Assembly: GCA_020354125.1 (NCBI GenBank)
Contig: CP070643.1
Span: forward strand, 1,389,991 to 1,453,990
DNA length: 64,000 nt
Direction: 5' to 3'
Origin: Betaproteobacteria bacterium
Lineage (GTDB): Bacteria > Pseudomonadota > Gammaproteobacteria > Burkholderiales > Eutrophovitaceae
In this document: piece by piece, positions 29,211-41,569 of the stretch
Layout: each line of letters opens with the position of its first letter
Position numbering within the stretch: the first letter of the stretch is position 1
Made by a program: the position numbers and the translations under genes
Notes under the pieces: generated by a model
Told to the model about the DNA's origin: nothing
The model's input: the letters and a program-made list of their open reading frames with translations, nothing else
Databases searched by the model: none

Positions 29211-29747
29211 CTATTTCGAAAGGACGACGGCCATCTCTTGCAGTCGGCCACGCACCGAGGCGTCCCATACTTTGTCGCCCACTTGTACCTTGATTCCACC
29301 AATCAAATCTGCGTCGACATCGACAGTCGGGCTGATTTTTTTGTCGTAGCGCTTCGATAGCAACGTAACAATCTTTTCGAGTTGCTGATCTTCCAGCGGA
29401 TAAGCAGATGCGATGTGCGCATCAACTACACCCTCGTCTTCGGACTTGAGCTGCTCATACAACCGCCGCACTTCGCCGATTACTGACAGACGAGCGTTCT
29501 CAACGAGTAGCTGGACAAAGTTGCGCGCGTTGCCGTCAATGCGTTCACCACAAATTGACAGCATCAACCGCTCGACGTCGTCGCTGGTCGCCGACGGGGC
29601 ACCGATGGCAGATTGAAATTCCGGGTCATCGTACACGCTGACCATGAGCGACAACATCTCCGACCACTTGGCGAGCTCATTGCGTTGTTTGGCGAGCGCG
29701 AATGCAGCCTCCGCATAAGGCCGGGCAATGGTTGTAAGCTCTGCCAT
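29211..29747 (-). CDS. atpH: F0F1 ATP synthase subunit delta
   Basis: 178 aa, sitting between atpF and atpA, with ARPYAEAAF at the N-terminus. Confidence 0.9.
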   Translation of the reverse strand: MAELTTIARPYAEAAFALAKQRNELAKWSEMLSLMVSVYDDPEFQSAIGAPSATSDDVERLMLSICGERIDGNARNFVQLLVENARLSVIGEVRRLYEQLKSEDEGVVDAHIASAYPLEDQQLEKIVTLLSKRYDKKISPTVDVDADLIGGIKVQVGDKVWDASVRGRLQEMAVVLSK

Positions 29748-29753
29748 GACGCC

Positions 29754-30227
29754 CTACCCGAGTTCCGCTTCCAGGCCCTGCAGCAACTGCGCGTGCGCGC
29801 TGGCGTCGATTTCACGTTTCAGGATCTTCTCGGCGCCGCTTACAGCAAGCGAAGCCACCTGGGTTCGAAGTTGCTCCCGGGCACGATTGACTTCCTGCTC
29901 AATCTCCGCCTTTGCGGCATTGACGATGCGTTCGCCTTCAGCCTTGGCATTGTCCTTCGCTTCCTCGACCAGTTCACCGGCCCGTTTCTCTGCCTGCGCC
30001 AAGATCTCGCTGGCCTGCTCACGCGCTTTCTGCAGTTCCTCTGATACACGCTGGGCCGCCATTTCCAGCTCTTGCTTGCCTTTTTCGGCGGCGGCAAGCC
30101 CGTCGGCAATCTGCTTCTGGCGGTCCTGCATCGCCTTTTGCAGCGGCGGCCAGATGAATTTCATCGTTATCCAGATGAAAAAGGCAAACCACAGCGCCTG
30201 AGCGAGTAGTGTTGCATTGATGTTCAC
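29754..30227 (-). CDS. atpF: F0F1 ATP synthase subunit b
   Basis: 157 aa, with a single N-terminal TM helix and a long charged helix. Confidence 0.9.
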   Translation of the reverse strand: MNINATLLAQALWFAFFIWITMKFIWPPLQKAMQDRQKQIADGLAAAEKGKQELEMAAQRVSEELQKAREQASEILAQAEKRAGELVEEAKDNAKAEGERIVNAAKAEIEQEVNRAREQLRTQVASLAVSGAEKILKREIDASAHAQLLQGLEAELG

Positions 30228-30259
30228 GCTTATCTCCTGCGCTTAGCTAGTCGGGTCTA

Positions 30260-30529
<270 letters not shown>

Positions 30530-30565
30530 CTAGTACAGTAGTAGATAGTGATCGCAAAAACTAAA

Positions 30566-31728
<1,163 letters not shown>

Positions 31729-31796
31729 TCCAGCTGTTCCCGGGAACTGGCGAGAGACTCTTTGTGCGGCCGCAGCATAGCCACAAAAAGGCCGAG

Positions 31797-31825
31797 ATTT
31801 TATTGGCTTAACGCAACAGTGTCAA
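31797..31825 (-). promoter_or_regulatory. sigma70-like promoter of the atp operon
   Basis: The reverse strand has TTGACA (31825-31820), a 17-nt spacer and TAAAAT (31802-31797), about 70 nt upstream of atpI. Confidence 0.55.
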
Positions 31826-31856
31826 CGCGCCGAAGCAGGCCTTTGCAGATCATTAC

Positions 31857-32708
31857 CTAGTCCTTCAACCTGGCGAGAATGGCGTCGAGCTGATCGAGAT
31901 CGGCATATTCGATTAATAGCGTGCCGCTGCCGTTTTTGCGATGGCGAATGGTCACCGCTGCGCCGAGCGTTTCTGACAGGGATTCCTCGAGCGCGACAAT
32001 ATCGCGGTCTTTGCGCGGGCGAGGTTTTGGCCGCTTCGCCGGCGGCACCCCTTTACTGACCAATTGCTCAGCCTCGCGCACCGATAGTCCAAGGGCGACG
32101 ATACGCTGGGCCAGTTCGACCTGACGCGCACCAAACACTGCCAACAGCGCCCGCGCATGTCCCATATCGATACTGCGGTTCATCAATAACGCCTGAACCG
32201 GCTCCTCCAGAGACAGAAGTCGCAGCAAGTTAGTCACAGCGCTGCGCGAGCGCCCGACCGCTTGTCCGACCATCTCATGCGTCATCGAGAACTCGTCAAT
32301 GAGACGCTGGATGCCAATCGCCTCTTCGAGCGGATTCAGATTCTCGCGTTGAATATTCTCGATCAGTGCAATCGCCAGTGCGGCGTTGTCTTCGACGTTG
32401 CGCACCACCACCGGCACTTCCTTGAGGCCGGCAACCTGCGCCGCGCGCCAGCGCCGCTCGCCGGCAATGATTTCATAGCCATCGTCAATCGACCGGACAA
32501 GAATCGGCTGCAGCACCCCCTGGGCTTTGATTGAATCAGCTAGTTCCGCGATTGAAGCCTCGTCCATGCGCGTGCGCGGCTGATAGCGGCCAGGCCGTAA
32601 CCGGCCGGTCGCAATCGTCCGAAGTTCCCCATCAGCTGACGTCGTTGCTTCCTCATCGGCCGCTAGCAGCGCGTCGAGACCGCGACCAAGTCCTTTGAGT
32701 TTCGCCAT
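31857..32708 (-). CDS. parB: chromosome partitioning protein ParB
   Basis: 283 aa, with the ParB box GERRWRAA and an HTH segment. It lies downstream of parA. Confidence 0.95.
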   Translation of the reverse strand: MAKLKGLGRGLDALLAADEEATTSADGELRTIATGRLRPGRYQPRTRMDEASIAELADSIKAQGVLQPILVRSIDDGYEIIAGERRWRAAQVAGLKEVPVVVRNVEDNAALAIALIENIQRENLNPLEEAIGIQRLIDEFSMTHEMVGQAVGRSRSAVTNLLRLLSLEEPVQALLMNRSIDMGHARALLAVFGARQVELAQRIVALGLSVREAEQLVSKGVPPAKRPKPRPRKDRDIVALEESLSETLGAAVTIRHRKNGSGTLLIEYADLDQLDAILARLKD

Positions 32709-32719
32709 CGACTGTGTCC

Positions 32720-33493
32720 TTATTGGCTGGATGACGGTTGCCGCAGAATCTCATCCGTGAGCGACAAATAAGCCAGAGCACCTTTGGATGACTTGTCGAA
32801 ATGGATGGCCGGCAAACCATGGCTCGGCGCTTCGGCCAGACGTACATTGCGCGGGATAATGGTGCGATACACTTTCGCGCCGAAATGTTTCTGCAACTGA
32901 TCCGACACCTGTTGCGATAACGTGTTGCGCGAGTCGTACATGGTGCGCAGCAGACCTTCGATCTCCAGTTTGGGATTGAGATGATTGCGGACTTTCTTGA
33001 TCGTCTGCACCAGATCGCTCAGTCCCTCGAGTGCGTAGTACTCGCACTGCATCGGAATCATCACTGCGTGAGCTGCAGTCAAGCCATTCACGGTGAGAAG
33101 ATTCAAGGCCGGCGGACAGTCAACCAGAATGTAGTCATACTCTGACTCAACTTCGGCGAGGGCTTCTTTCAGGCGGTTCTCACGCCGCTCCATAGCAACC
33201 AGTTCGACCTCAGCTCCGGCGAGTTCCTGATTGGCGGGTACCAGATCAAAGCCGCCGTTTTCGCAGCGAATCCGCGCTGTTTCAATATCGCTGTCTCCGA
33301 GAAGCACCTCATAGACGGTTGCACGCGATGCACGCTTGTCGATGCCGCTGCCCATCGTTGCATTGCCTTGCGGATCGAGATCGACCAGCAACACGCGTTG
33401 GCCCGCTCGTGACAATCCGGCCGCAAGATTGATCGACGTCGTTGTTTTTCCAACACCGCCTTTCTGATTCGCCACCGCAAGAATGCGCGTCAT
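32720..33493 (-). CDS. parA: chromosome partitioning ATPase ParA (Soj)
   Basis: 257 aa, with the deviant Walker A NQKGGVGKTT. Confidence 0.95.
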   Translation of the reverse strand: MTRILAVANQKGGVGKTTTSINLAAGLSRAGQRVLLVDLDPQGNATMGSGIDKRASRATVYEVLLGDSDIETARIRCENGGFDLVPANQELAGAEVELVAMERRENRLKEALAEVESEYDYILVDCPPALNLLTVNGLTAAHAVMIPMQCEYYALEGLSDLVQTIKKVRNHLNPKLEIEGLLRTMYDSRNTLSQQVSDQLQKHFGAKVYRTIIPRNVRLAEAPSHGLPAIHFDKSSKGALAYLSLTDEILRQPSSSQ

Positions 33494-33496
33494 GAC

Positions 33497-34129
33497 TCAG
33501 CGTTCCGTCAGCATTGATGGCCGAAGAAACACAGCGTGGCGTTGCTCATCAAGCAACGGCACTTCGAGGCGAACGACTTTCTCGATGACTGCAGGCGCTA
33601 GGTGTTCGAGTTCCTGTGCCGGATAAACGCCTTTCATCGCCACTAGCCTTCCTTCGCTGCTGCACAGGCGGGCCGCCAATTTGATGAATGTCTGTAAATC
33701 GGAAAAGGCACGGGATACCACCACATCAAAGCCAACGGCCGGTTTGAAATCCTCCGCGCGCCCTGTTTCCACCGCCACATTGGTCAGCCCCAATTCAGCT
33801 ACTACCTGTCGCAGAAATGCCGTTTTCTTGTTGTTGGAGTCGAGCAATACGACCTCCCGATCCGGCTCAGCGATAGCGATCGGAACACCCGGAAAACCAG
33901 CTCCGGAACCCACATCTATTAGACGCCCTGGGGGAAGAACACCTATAACACTGAGCGAATCCAGTAAGTGATGACTTACCCACTTTGCCTCGTCGGGTAA
34001 TGCCGTGAGGTTGTAGACGCGGTTCCATTTCGCCAGCAAGCCCAGCATCGCATCCAGCTGGTCCACCGCCGCGGCGGACAGATTCAGACCCATCGCGGCG
34101 CCATATTCGGCCAGGCCCCATTGCCTCAA
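33497..34129 (-). CDS. rsmG: 16S rRNA m7G527 methyltransferase RsmG (GidB)
   Basis: 210 aa, with the SAM motif [11 protein letters not shown]. Its start overlaps the mnmG stop. Confidence 0.9.
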   Translation of the reverse strand: MRQWGLAEYGAAMGLNLSAAAVDQLDAMLGLLAKWNRVYNLTALPDEAKWVSHHLLDSLSVIGVLPPGRLIDVGSGAGFPGVPIAIAEPDREVVLLDSNNKKTAFLRQVVAELGLTNVAVETGRAEDFKPAVGFDVVVSRAFSDLQTFIKLAARLCSSEGRLVAMKGVYPAQELEHLAPAVIEKVVRLEVPLLDEQRHAVFLRPSMLTER

Positions 34130-36048
34130 ATGCCGCCTCCATGCACCCGCAAGCTGGCCGAAGACACTGCACCCCGCCCATTGCTACGTTTGAGGTGCAC
34201 CAACAGCAATGAAATCGCCGCCGGTGTAATACCCGAGATACGCCCAGCCTGACCAAGTGTTTCCGGTCGATGTTGCGCCAGTTTCTGCGACACTTCGGAT
34301 GACAGGCCACGCACCTGGCTGTAATCGAGATCTTCGGGGATACGAACCGTTTCGACCTGCTCGAGCCGGGCGCACTCATCGCGCTGGCGCTCGATATAAC
34401 CTTGATACTTGGTCTGGATCTCAACCTGCTCTGCCGCCTGTTCGTTTTCGAGACCAGGGCCAATGCCCTCGAGAGTCATCAAATTGCGATAGCTGACCTC
34501 CGGTCGGCGCAACAGCTGCAGCGCCGGGTATTCGCGGTCGAGCGACTGACCGATCGCGACTTCAAGCTTCTCCTGATCGAAGCGACGCGAATCCACCACC
34601 AACTTATCGAGACGATCCAATTCACCCGATATTGCATCACGCTTGTGCGCGAACAGCGTCCAACGCTGGTCATCGACCAGCCCGAGTTGGCGTCCAGTCT
34701 CGGTTAGACGTAGATCGGCATTGTCTTCTCGCAAGCTCAGGCGGTATTCGGCTCGGCTGGTAAACATCCGGTAAGGCTCGGTGACACCGCGGGTCACCAG
34801 ATCATCGACCAGCACACCGAGGTAAGCCTCGTCGCGGCGTGGGCTCCATGCCGGCTTGCCCTGTATCTGCAACGCCGCATTGATACCTGCCAATAGGCCC
34901 TGCGCGGCGGCTTCCTCGTAGCCAGTGGTACCGTTGATCTGTCCGGCAAAGAACAATGCGTTGATTGCCTTGGTCTCAAGCGACGATTTCAGACCGCGCG
35001 GATCAAAGTAATCATATTCGATCGCGTAGCCTGGCCTGAGAATAGCTGCCTTCTCCAAGCCCTTGATTGAGTGAATTATTTCAAGCTGAACATCAAATGG
35101 AAGGCTGGTGGAAATGCCGTTCGGGTAGACCTCGTTGGTATTCAGTCCTTCGGGTTCGAGGAAGATCTGATGCGACGTTTTGTGCGCAAAGCGCATCACC
35201 TTGTCCTCGATAGACGGACAATAGCGTGGCCCAACGCCCTCGATGACGCCTGAGTACATCGGCGACCGATCGAGACCGCCTCGAATCACCTCATGAGTGC
35301 GCTCGTTGGTCTGCGTAATCCAGCACGAGATCTGTCGCGGATGCTGATCCCGATGACCCAGGTAGGAGAAGACCGGTACCGGTTCATCGCCAGGCTGCTC
35401 CTCCATCACCGAAAAGTCGATGCTGCGCCCGTCCAGACGTGGTGGCGTCCCGGTTTTGAGTCGCCCGACCGGCAGCTTCAGCTCGCGCAGTCGCTCCGCC
35501 AGACTCAATGAAGGCGGGTCGCCGGCGCGCCCGGCTTGATAGTTCTCCAGCCCCACGTGAATTCGTCCGGAGAGAAACGTCCCGGCGGTAAGGACCACAG
35601 CGCGTGCCCGGAACCGCAGTCCGATTTGGGTGACCACGCCCACGACACGATCGCCATCCAGAAGCAGATCGTCGGCGGCCTGCTGGAATAGCGTGAGATT
35701 GGGCTGGTTCTCCAGGCGCGAGCGAATTGCCTGCCGATACAACACGCGATCTGCTTGAGCCCGCGTTGCTCTTACCGCTGGTCCCTTGCTGGCGTTGAGA
35801 ATTCGGAATTGAATCCCTGCTTCATCAATTGCTTGCGCCATCGCTCCACCGAGCGCATCGATCTCTTTAACCAGATGGCCTTTTCCGATACCGCCGATGG
35901 ATGGATTGCAGGACATTTGGCCCAAAGTCTCGATGCTGTGCGTCAGCAACAGTGTGTCGCAGCCGGTCCGCGCCGCGGCCAAGGCGGCCTCGGTGCCGGC
36001 ATGTCCGCCGCCGATAACAATGATGTCGAATTCCTTGGGATAGAACAT
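34126..36048 (-). CDS. mnmG: tRNA uridine 5-carboxymethylaminomethyl modification enzyme MnmG (GidA)
   Basis: [22 protein letters not shown] is the FAD motif. The ATG at 36048 is preceded by gagaggg. The ORF-track start at 36075 adds 9 codons. Confidence 0.95.
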   Translation of the reverse strand: MFYPKEFDIIVIGGGHAGTEAALAAARTGCDTLLLTHSIETLGQMSCNPSIGGIGKGHLVKEIDALGGAMAQAIDEAGIQFRILNASKGPAVRATRAQADRVLYRQAIRSRLENQPNLTLFQQAADDLLLDGDRVVGVVTQIGLRFRARAVVLTAGTFLSGRIHVGLENYQAGRAGDPPSLSLAERLRELKLPVGRLKTGTPPRLDGRSIDFSVMEEQPGDEPVPVFSYLGHRDQHPRQISCWITQTNERTHEVIRGGLDRSPMYSGVIEGVGPRYCPSIEDKVMRFAHKTSHQIFLEPEGLNTNEVYPNGISTSLPFDVQLEIIHSIKGLEKAAILRPGYAIEYDYFDPRGLKSSLETKAINALFFAGQINGTTGYEEAAAQGLLAGINAALQIQGKPAWSPRRDEAYLGVLVDDLVTRGVTEPYRMFTSRAEYRLSLREDNADLRLTETGRQLGLVDDQRWTLFAHKRDAISGELDRLDKLVVDSRRFDQEKLEVAIGQSLDREYPALQLLRRPEVSYRNLMTLEGIGPGLENEQAAEQVEIQTKYQGYIERQRDECARLEQVETVRIPEDLDYSQVRGLSSEVSQKLAQHRPETLGQAGRISGITPAAISLLLVHLKRSNGRGAVSSASLRVHGGGI

Positions 36049-36112
36049 GATGCCCTCTCGCGAGCGCGCAATCATACCGGAAAGGGGCCAAAATGACCTC
36101 TGTAATCAGCCA

Positions 36113-36128
36113 TGTTTCACGTGGAACA
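36113..36128. promoter_or_regulatory. parS site (ParB binding)
   Basis: tgtttcacgtggaaca, a 15/16 match to the palindromic parS consensus TGTTTCACGTGAAACA. Confidence 0.85.
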
Positions 36129-36167
36129 TTTGGCTGTTGTCATTCGACCGAGCCATTTCGGAGCCAA

Positions 36168-36183
36168 TGTTTCACGTGAAACA
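36168..36183. promoter_or_regulatory. parS site (ParB binding), perfect consensus
   Basis: tgtttcacgtgaaaca, a perfect 16-bp palindrome identical to consensus parS. Confidence 0.9.
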
Positions 36184-36296
36184 TCACACCAATCGGATTT
36201 TTGTGCGACCTGCAGTCAAATCCTCGATTGTCGCCTGGACAGCGTCAAGGTATATCGAAGAGCCACAAAACTTCAACAGGTTAGCTTCCGTGAGCT

Positions 36297-37637
36297 TCAC
36301 TTGCCGATACAGAAGCGGGAGAAAATCTCGCCCAGCAGATCGTCCGCCGAAAACTCACCGGTGATCTCATCCAGGTCACGCTGGGCCAGCCGCAACTCCT
36401 CGGCGCAGAGCTCAAGGCGGTCGATCTCATCCCTGGCTCGATTGACATGACCCAACGCCCGCCTGAGGCAGGCAATATGACGCTCTCGAGCCATGAACGG
36501 AACTTCATCGGTTACCTCACGACCACTGGCTCGGAGCAGAGTCTGGCGCAATTCATCGAGTCCCGCACCAGTCTTGGCCGACAGCCATACGGTTTCACAT
36601 CCATCCTCGACAGCTGTTCGCGGAGCTTCACCAACTAGGTCTATCTTATTGATTATAAGGATTTTATTGGTCCCCTCCCCGAGCTCGATCGGCACTTCGT
36701 CAGTAGCCACTGCAGTCGGATTCACGGCTTCGCGGACTTCCAAAACGATGTCCGCTTGCCCTACCTGGCGCAGGCTACGCTCCACTCCAATGCGTTCTAC
36801 CGGATCGTCGCTCTCACGCAGCCCCGCGGTATCAATAACGTGCACCGGCAATCCGGACACCACCAACTCGCGCCTCAGTACATCACGCGTCGTGCCTGGC
36901 ACCTCGGTGACAATTGCCACCTCTTCCTCAGCAAGCCGGTTCATCAAACTCGATTTGCCGACGTTTGGTGCTCCGGTCAGTACGACTTGTACGCCTTCAC
37001 GCAATAGATTGCCTTGCGTTGCCGACTCACTCAGCGTGGAGAGATTGTCGCGCAGCAAATCGAGTTTTTGCACAACGCCGTAACGATCGATCAGCTCGAC
37101 CTCCTCTTCCGGGAAATCAAGCACCGCTTCAAACAGGGCTCGCACCTCAATAAGCTGTTCGCGAATGCCACTGATCTGCTGCGAAAACTCTCCAGCAAGA
37201 GAACGCTGCGCGCTGCGCACTGCGTCAGTCGAAGACGCATCGATCAGATCGGCAACGCTTTCCGCTTGCGCAAGATCCATCTTGTCATTCAGGAATGCGC
37301 GTTTGGTAAATTCACCGGGTTCAGCAACACGGGCACCGAGTTCAACGCAGCGTCGCAACAACATACGCAATAACGCCACGCCACCGTGAGCCTGGATTTC
37401 CAGCACATCCTCGCCGGTATAGGAACGCGGCGCAGGAAAGAAGAGCGCGATTCCCCGATCGATCACGACACCGTCGGCGTCGCGGAACTCGCTCAGCGTA
37501 GCCTGGCGTTTGGTGGGCACGCGACCCATTAGCGCAACGCCAAGTTGCTGTGTTTCGGGACCGGATACTCTGACTACGCCAATGCCGGCGCGACCGTAGG
37601 CAGTCGCGACCGCCGCGATGGTGTCAGCGGTTGGCAT
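36297..37637 (-). CDS. mnmE: tRNA modification GTPase MnmE (TrmE)
   Basis: 446 aa, with N-terminal DTIAAVATAYGRAGIGVVRVSG, the G domain GAPNVGKSSL, and C-terminal CIGK. Confidence 0.95.
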   Translation of the reverse strand: MPTADTIAAVATAYGRAGIGVVRVSGPETQQLGVALMGRVPTKRQATLSEFRDADGVVIDRGIALFFPAPRSYTGEDVLEIQAHGGVALLRMLLRRCVELGARVAEPGEFTKRAFLNDKMDLAQAESVADLIDASSTDAVRSAQRSLAGEFSQQISGIREQLIEVRALFEAVLDFPEEEVELIDRYGVVQKLDLLRDNLSTLSESATQGNLLREGVQVVLTGAPNVGKSSLMNRLAEEEVAIVTEVPGTTRDVLRRELVVSGLPVHVIDTAGLRESDDPVERIGVERSLRQVGQADIVLEVREAVNPTAVATDEVPIELGEGTNKILIINKIDLVGEAPRTAVEDGCETVWLSAKTGAGLDELRQTLLRASGREVTDEVPFMARERHIACLRRALGHVNRARDEIDRLELCAEELRLAQRDLDEITGEFSADDLLGEIFSRFCIGK

Positions 37638-39285
37638 TGGCGGGTTTGGAACGTTCGATTACCCGCGTGATGCGCCACTGCTGGAGAATAGACAAGATGT
37701 TGTTGACGAGCCAGTAAAGCACGAGTCCCGCAGGAAAGAAGAAAAAGAACACGCTGAACACGACCGGCATTATTTTCATGATTTTCGCCTGTACCGGGTC
37801 GGGGGGTGTCGGACTCAGCCACGACTGAATGATCATCGAAAGGCCCATCAGTATCGGCAGCACGTAATACGGATCCTTCGCCGACAGATCATCAATCCAC
37901 AGAATAAACGGTGCATTACGTAATTCGACGCTCGCCATTAATACCCAGTACAAGGCGATAAAGACGGGAATTTGCACAAGTATCGGCAAGCATCCGCCAA
38001 GCGGGTTGATTTTTTCGGTCTTGTACAACTCCATCATCGCCTGTTGCATGCGCTGCCGGTCATCACCATAGGTTTCTTTTAGTGACTGCAGCTTGGGCGC
38101 GAGCACACGCATTTTTGCCATCGATTTGTAGCTGGCCGCCGAAAGCGGATAGAAAACAAGTTTGATAATGACAGTCAGCAAGATGATCGCGACGCCCCAG
38201 TTACCGACCCATTGTTGGATCGCTGACAATAACCAGAACAACGGCGCCGCGATCACAGTCAGCCACCCGTAATCAACGGTCAGTTCGAGGCCCGGAGCGG
38301 CTGCCGCCATTGCCCCCTGGTCTTGCGGGCCAGCGTACAACCGCGAACCGAGAGTGCCAACCGCACCCGGTGCGATCCGGTCGACTGGCAAAATGGTGCC
38401 AACTGCATACAAGTTATTGCCGCGCGCCTTGCTGAAGTACTCTCTTGGCGTGCCCTGCGGCGGCAGCCAGGCGGCAACAAAGTAATGCTGCACGATTGCA
38501 GCCCAACCATCCTCTGCTTTCCGAGGGTACTTCACCTTGTTCTTGTCCATGTCCTCGAAATCGACCTTGGTGAATTTGGACTCATCGGTATAAACCGCGC
38601 CGCCGGTGAAAGTCGGCATCATTTTCGAGTCGCCCGCTGCGGGGTTACCGTCCCTCAGAAACTGGAAATAACCGTGTGCCGACAGTGGCTCGCCACGCTT
38701 GTTGGTAATTTCGTAGTCAACGTCAATGACGTAACTACCACGCCGGAACGTGTAGCGCTGTATGACATCCAAGCCGCTCACCTCCGAGGCACGAAGTTCT
38801 ACCAACAGCTCGTTGGCCCTGGGTTGTAGTTCGAACCGATCGCCAGTGATCTGATACAGCGTCGAGTGATTCGGAAGGCCTTGGCCTATCAATCCACTCT
38901 GGGCGACATAGGTACGTTCGCCATTCTTGTCGAACAATTTCAGGTTGGTGTCCGGATCGTCCTTGCTGTAGTGCTTCAGCAGTTCGAGTGTCTGGAGGAC
39001 ACCGCCTTGGGTACTGATCTTCGCTTGGTACAGGTCAGTGCGAACGGTCACGACACGCGCCGACGGTGCCGCCGGAGAAGGTGCGGACACGACTGGTGTC
39101 GCGCTCGTTGAGTCGGCCTCCAGGGTAACTTCGGGAACGGTGCTGTCGACCACTGCGGGCGGCCCCTGCGTTGTCGCCGGAGCAACCTCCTGCGGCGGCG
39201 GCTGATTCGCTTTCATCCAGGCGTCCGCCAACAGAATGATGGAACCGGCAAAGACGATGGCGGCAATGACTCGCGCGTTATCCAT
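37624..39285 (-). CDS. yidC: membrane protein insertase YidC
   Basis: 553 aa, with an N-terminal TM, a large periplasmic domain, and the conserved C-terminal five-TM core (GCLPILVQIPVFIALY). Confidence 0.95.
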   Translation of the reverse strand: MDNARVIAAIVFAGSIILLADAWMKANQPPPQEVAPATTQGPPAVVDSTVPEVTLEADSTSATPVVSAPSPAAPSARVVTVRTDLYQAKISTQGGVLQTLELLKHYSKDDPDTNLKLFDKNGERTYVAQSGLIGQGLPNHSTLYQITGDRFELQPRANELLVELRASEVSGLDVIQRYTFRRGSYVIDVDYEITNKRGEPLSAHGYFQFLRDGNPAAGDSKMMPTFTGGAVYTDESKFTKVDFEDMDKNKVKYPRKAEDGWAAIVQHYFVAAWLPPQGTPREYFSKARGNNLYAVGTILPVDRIAPGAVGTLGSRLYAGPQDQGAMAAAAPGLELTVDYGWLTVIAAPLFWLLSAIQQWVGNWGVAIILLTVIIKLVFYPLSAASYKSMAKMRVLAPKLQSLKETYGDDRQRMQQAMMELYKTEKINPLGGCLPILVQIPVFIALYWVLMASVELRNAPFILWIDDLSAKDPYYVLPILMGLSMIIQSWLSPTPPDPVQAKIMKIMPVVFSVFFFFFPAGLVLYWLVNNILSILQQWRITRVIERSKPANANR

Positions 39286-39560
39286 TAGAACGTCTCTTGT
39301 TTGTTGTTTGTGTGGACGCCGGCCCGGTTTGTGCCAGTTGTGTCGGCGGTACCTGGAACCACGTCAACTCCACCGGCGTGCCAAGGGTGACATTTTAGGG
39401 TGCGGCGCAACGCCAGCCAGCTACCCCTGAGACTGCCATGCTCAATGATGGCCAGTCGTGCGTATTCCGAACAAGTTGGGTAAAACCTGCACTGGTTACC
39501 AAACCAGGGCGACAATAGAAATTGGTAGCCACGAATTGCCCAAGCGAGAACATGTTTCAT
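39285..39560 (-). CDS. yidD: membrane protein insertion efficiency factor YidD
   Basis: [23 protein letters not shown]...[11 protein letters not shown] is the YidD signature. Confidence 0.9.
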   Translation of the reverse strand: MKHVLAWAIRGYQFLLSPWFGNQCRFYPTCSEYARLAIIEHGSLRGSWLALRRTLKCHPWHAGGVDVVPGTADTTGTNRAGVHTNNKQETF

Positions 39561-39907
39561 GCTGCGGCCTGTCCAAACAGCTCGTTTAACTCTGATCGAA
39601 TCTTGGCTCTCGTGCGGTTACCGGAACCACCGCGATATTTGACTACCACATCAATGTTGCCAAGTTGATGTCGGCGCACGCGAAATGCTTCTCGAATGAT
39701 ACGCCGCAGCCGGGAGCGCTCGACTGCGCGAGCGATCTGTCGTCGGCCTATAACAATTCCCAACCGAGCCCCTCCTTGGACGGAACCCCCCGGCCGGGTC
39801 AATAGCAAGAAATGTTGACTACGATACCGCTCCTGAAAGGCGCCGGTAAACTGCGCTGCTCCCCGCAAGCGTGTCGCCCGCGGAAGCGTTGCGCGCGTCA
39901 CACTCAC
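39557..39907 (-). CDS. rnpA: ribonuclease P protein component
   Basis: The C-terminal roughly 117 codons of ORF 39557..40177 contain RNase P protein sequence ([28 protein letters not shown]). A probable GTG start at 39907 or 39901 overlaps the rpmH stop, so the start is uncertain. Confidence 0.75.
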   Translation of the reverse strand: MSVTRATLPRATRLRGAAQFTGAFQERYRSQHFLLLTRPGGSVQGGARLGIVIGRRQIARAVERSRLRRIIREAFRVRRHQLGNIDVVVKYRGGSGNRTRAKIRSELNELFGQAAA

Positions 39908-40038
39908 ACGCTGAGGCGGGCCCGTCCTTTCTTTCGCCGGGCGTTGATGACAGCTCTGCCGCCGCGGGTACGCATGCGCACAAGAAAGCCGTGACGACGT
40001 TGCCGTCGCGTCTTCGAAGGCTGATAGGTGCGCTTCAT
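39904..40038 (-). CDS. rpmH: 50S ribosomal protein L34
   Basis: My own translation gives [44 protein letters not shown]. It is missing from the ORF track because it is shorter than the cutoff. Confidence 0.95.
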   Translation of the reverse strand: MKRTYQPSKTRRQRRHGFLVRMRTRGGRAVINARRKKGRARLSV

Positions 40039-40075
40039 AAGTGCTCTCCAAATGGGGTCTTTGAAAAAGCCCGCT

Positions 40076-40104
40076 ATTACACTGATTTGTTGGTCCTATG
40101 TCAA
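40076..40104 (-). promoter_or_regulatory. sigma70-like promoter of rpmH-rnpA
   Basis: The reverse strand has TTGACA (40104-40099), a 17-nt spacer and TGTAAT (40081-40076). Confidence 0.5.
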
Positions 40105-40125
40105 TCCTCGCGTGGTAATCGAGTC

Positions 40126-40134
40126 TGTGGATAA
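40126..40134. promoter_or_regulatory. consensus DnaA box overlapping a putative dnaA promoter
   Basis: TGTGGATAA is a perfect match (reverse complement TTATCCACA). TGGATA (40128-40133), a 17-nt spacer and TAAAAT (40151-40156) could form a -35/-10 pair on the + strand. Confidence 0.6.
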
Positions 40135-40225
40135 CTTTTGTCGAGACTGTTAAAATCCGGCTTCCTTTCCTGGTCACTGCACACCGCAGTTTTGACGCTC
40201 TTGGGCTCGGCTAACACACGCATAA

Positions 40226-41548
40226 ATGGACAGTTTCTGGACACATTGTCTTCGCCACTTTCAGTCGGCGATACCAGCCCAGCAGTTCAAAACCTGGATT
40301 CAGCCCCTCAACGCAGAGTTTGACGGCAAGACAGTTCATATCGCTGCTCCAAACCGCTTCGTGCTCGAGTGGGTGCGGGACAAGTATCTGGGGGATATCC
40401 AGCGCCTGTCTTCGGAATACCTCGACAAGAATGTCGGAATCAACATGACGCTGGCGACGCGCCAAGTGCAACCACCAAGCCCGGCCGCGCAAAGTTCGAC
40501 GGCGCCTGCAAAACCACGTGATCGGGAAAAGAGTCGCCTCAATCCACTTTTTACCTTCGACACTTTCGTCACAGGAAAGGCGAACCAGCTTGCCCGTGCC
40601 GCTGCACTACAGGTGACTGAACACCTCGGTAGTGCCTACAACCCCTTGTTCGTTTACGGTGGCGTCGGCCTCGGCAAGACACACTTGATCCAGGCCATCG
40701 GTAACGCTGTCCGTGACCGGCAGCCCGATGCGAAGATCCGTTACATCCATGCTGAACAGTATGTTTCTGACGTAGTACGTGCTTACCAACATAAAGCCTT
40801 CGATGGCTTCAAAAAGTACTACCACTCGCTCGACCTACTACTGATTGACGACATTCAGTTCTTCAGCCGTAAGAACCGTACCCAGGAAGAGTTCTTCTAC
40901 TTGTTTAACGCGCTGACCGAGGCACATCGCCAGGTGATTATTACCTGTGACACCTATCCAAAAGAAATCTCGGGCATGGAAGACCGCCTGGTGTCGCGAT
41001 TCGGCTGGGGGCTGACAGTCGCCATCGAACCGCCCGAGCTGGAAATGCGCGTCGCCATTCTGTTAAAGAAAGGCGAAATGGAGCGTATGGATTTGCCTGA
41101 AGATGTCGCTTTTTTCATCGCCAACCATATCCAGTCAAACGTACGCGAACTGGAAGGCGCACTAAAGCGCATCCTTGCTTACGCCCGCTTCACAAACGCC
41201 CCGATCACCGTCGAACTGGCGAGAGAGGCACTGAAGGATCTGCTCGCAGTTCAGACGCGGCAGATTTCATTGGAGAATATCCAGAAATGTGTCGCGGACT
41301 ACTACAAGATTAAAGTTTCAGAGATGTATTCCAAGAAGCGTTCGCGCACCATCGCCAGACCGAGACAGATGGCGATGGCGTTGGCCAAGGAGCTGACTTC
41401 AATGAGCCTGCCGGATATCGGTGAAGGCTTTGGTGGCCGCGATCATACGACCGTGCTGCACGCGTGTCGCAAGATCAATGAACTGCGTGCGTCGAATACC
41501 GATATCAACCGCGACTTCGATTCACTGCTCCAGACGCTACGTGGGTAG
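40226..41548 (+). CDS. dnaA: chromosomal replication initiator DnaA
   Basis: 440 aa, with the AAA+ Walker [11 protein letters not shown] and the C-terminal DNA-binding helix ([12 protein letters not shown]). Confidence 0.97.
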   Translation: MDSFWTHCLRHFQSAIPAQQFKTWIQPLNAEFDGKTVHIAAPNRFVLEWVRDKYLGDIQRLSSEYLDKNVGINMTLATRQVQPPSPAAQSSTAPAKPRDREKSRLNPLFTFDTFVTGKANQLARAAALQVTEHLGSAYNPLFVYGGVGLGKTHLIQAIGNAVRDRQPDAKIRYIHAEQYVSDVVRAYQHKAFDGFKKYYHSLDLLLIDDIQFFSRKNRTQEEFFYLFNALTEAHRQVIITCDTYPKEISGMEDRLVSRFGWGLTVAIEPPELEMRVAILLKKGEMERMDLPEDVAFFIANHIQSNVRELEGALKRILAYARFTNAPITVELAREALKDLLAVQTRQISLENIQKCVADYYKIKVSEMYSKKRSRTIARPRQMAMALAKELTSMSLPDIGEGFGGRDHTTVLHACRKINELRASNTDINRDFDSLLQTLRG

Positions 41549-41569
41549 TCCGGAAATACAACCGATGGG

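Noticed and set aside
36076-36296. An E. coli-style oriC next to mnmG (gidA).
   Set aside because: The spacer contains two parS sites. I found no DnaA-box-like 9-mers and no AT-rich tract there.
39557-40177. A 206-aa version of the rnpA ORF extending upstream across rpmH.
   Set aside because: The N-terminal ~90 codons overlap the clearly identifiable L34 gene (39904-40038) in another frame and its promoter region. Only the C-terminal ~117 codons look like RNase P protein.
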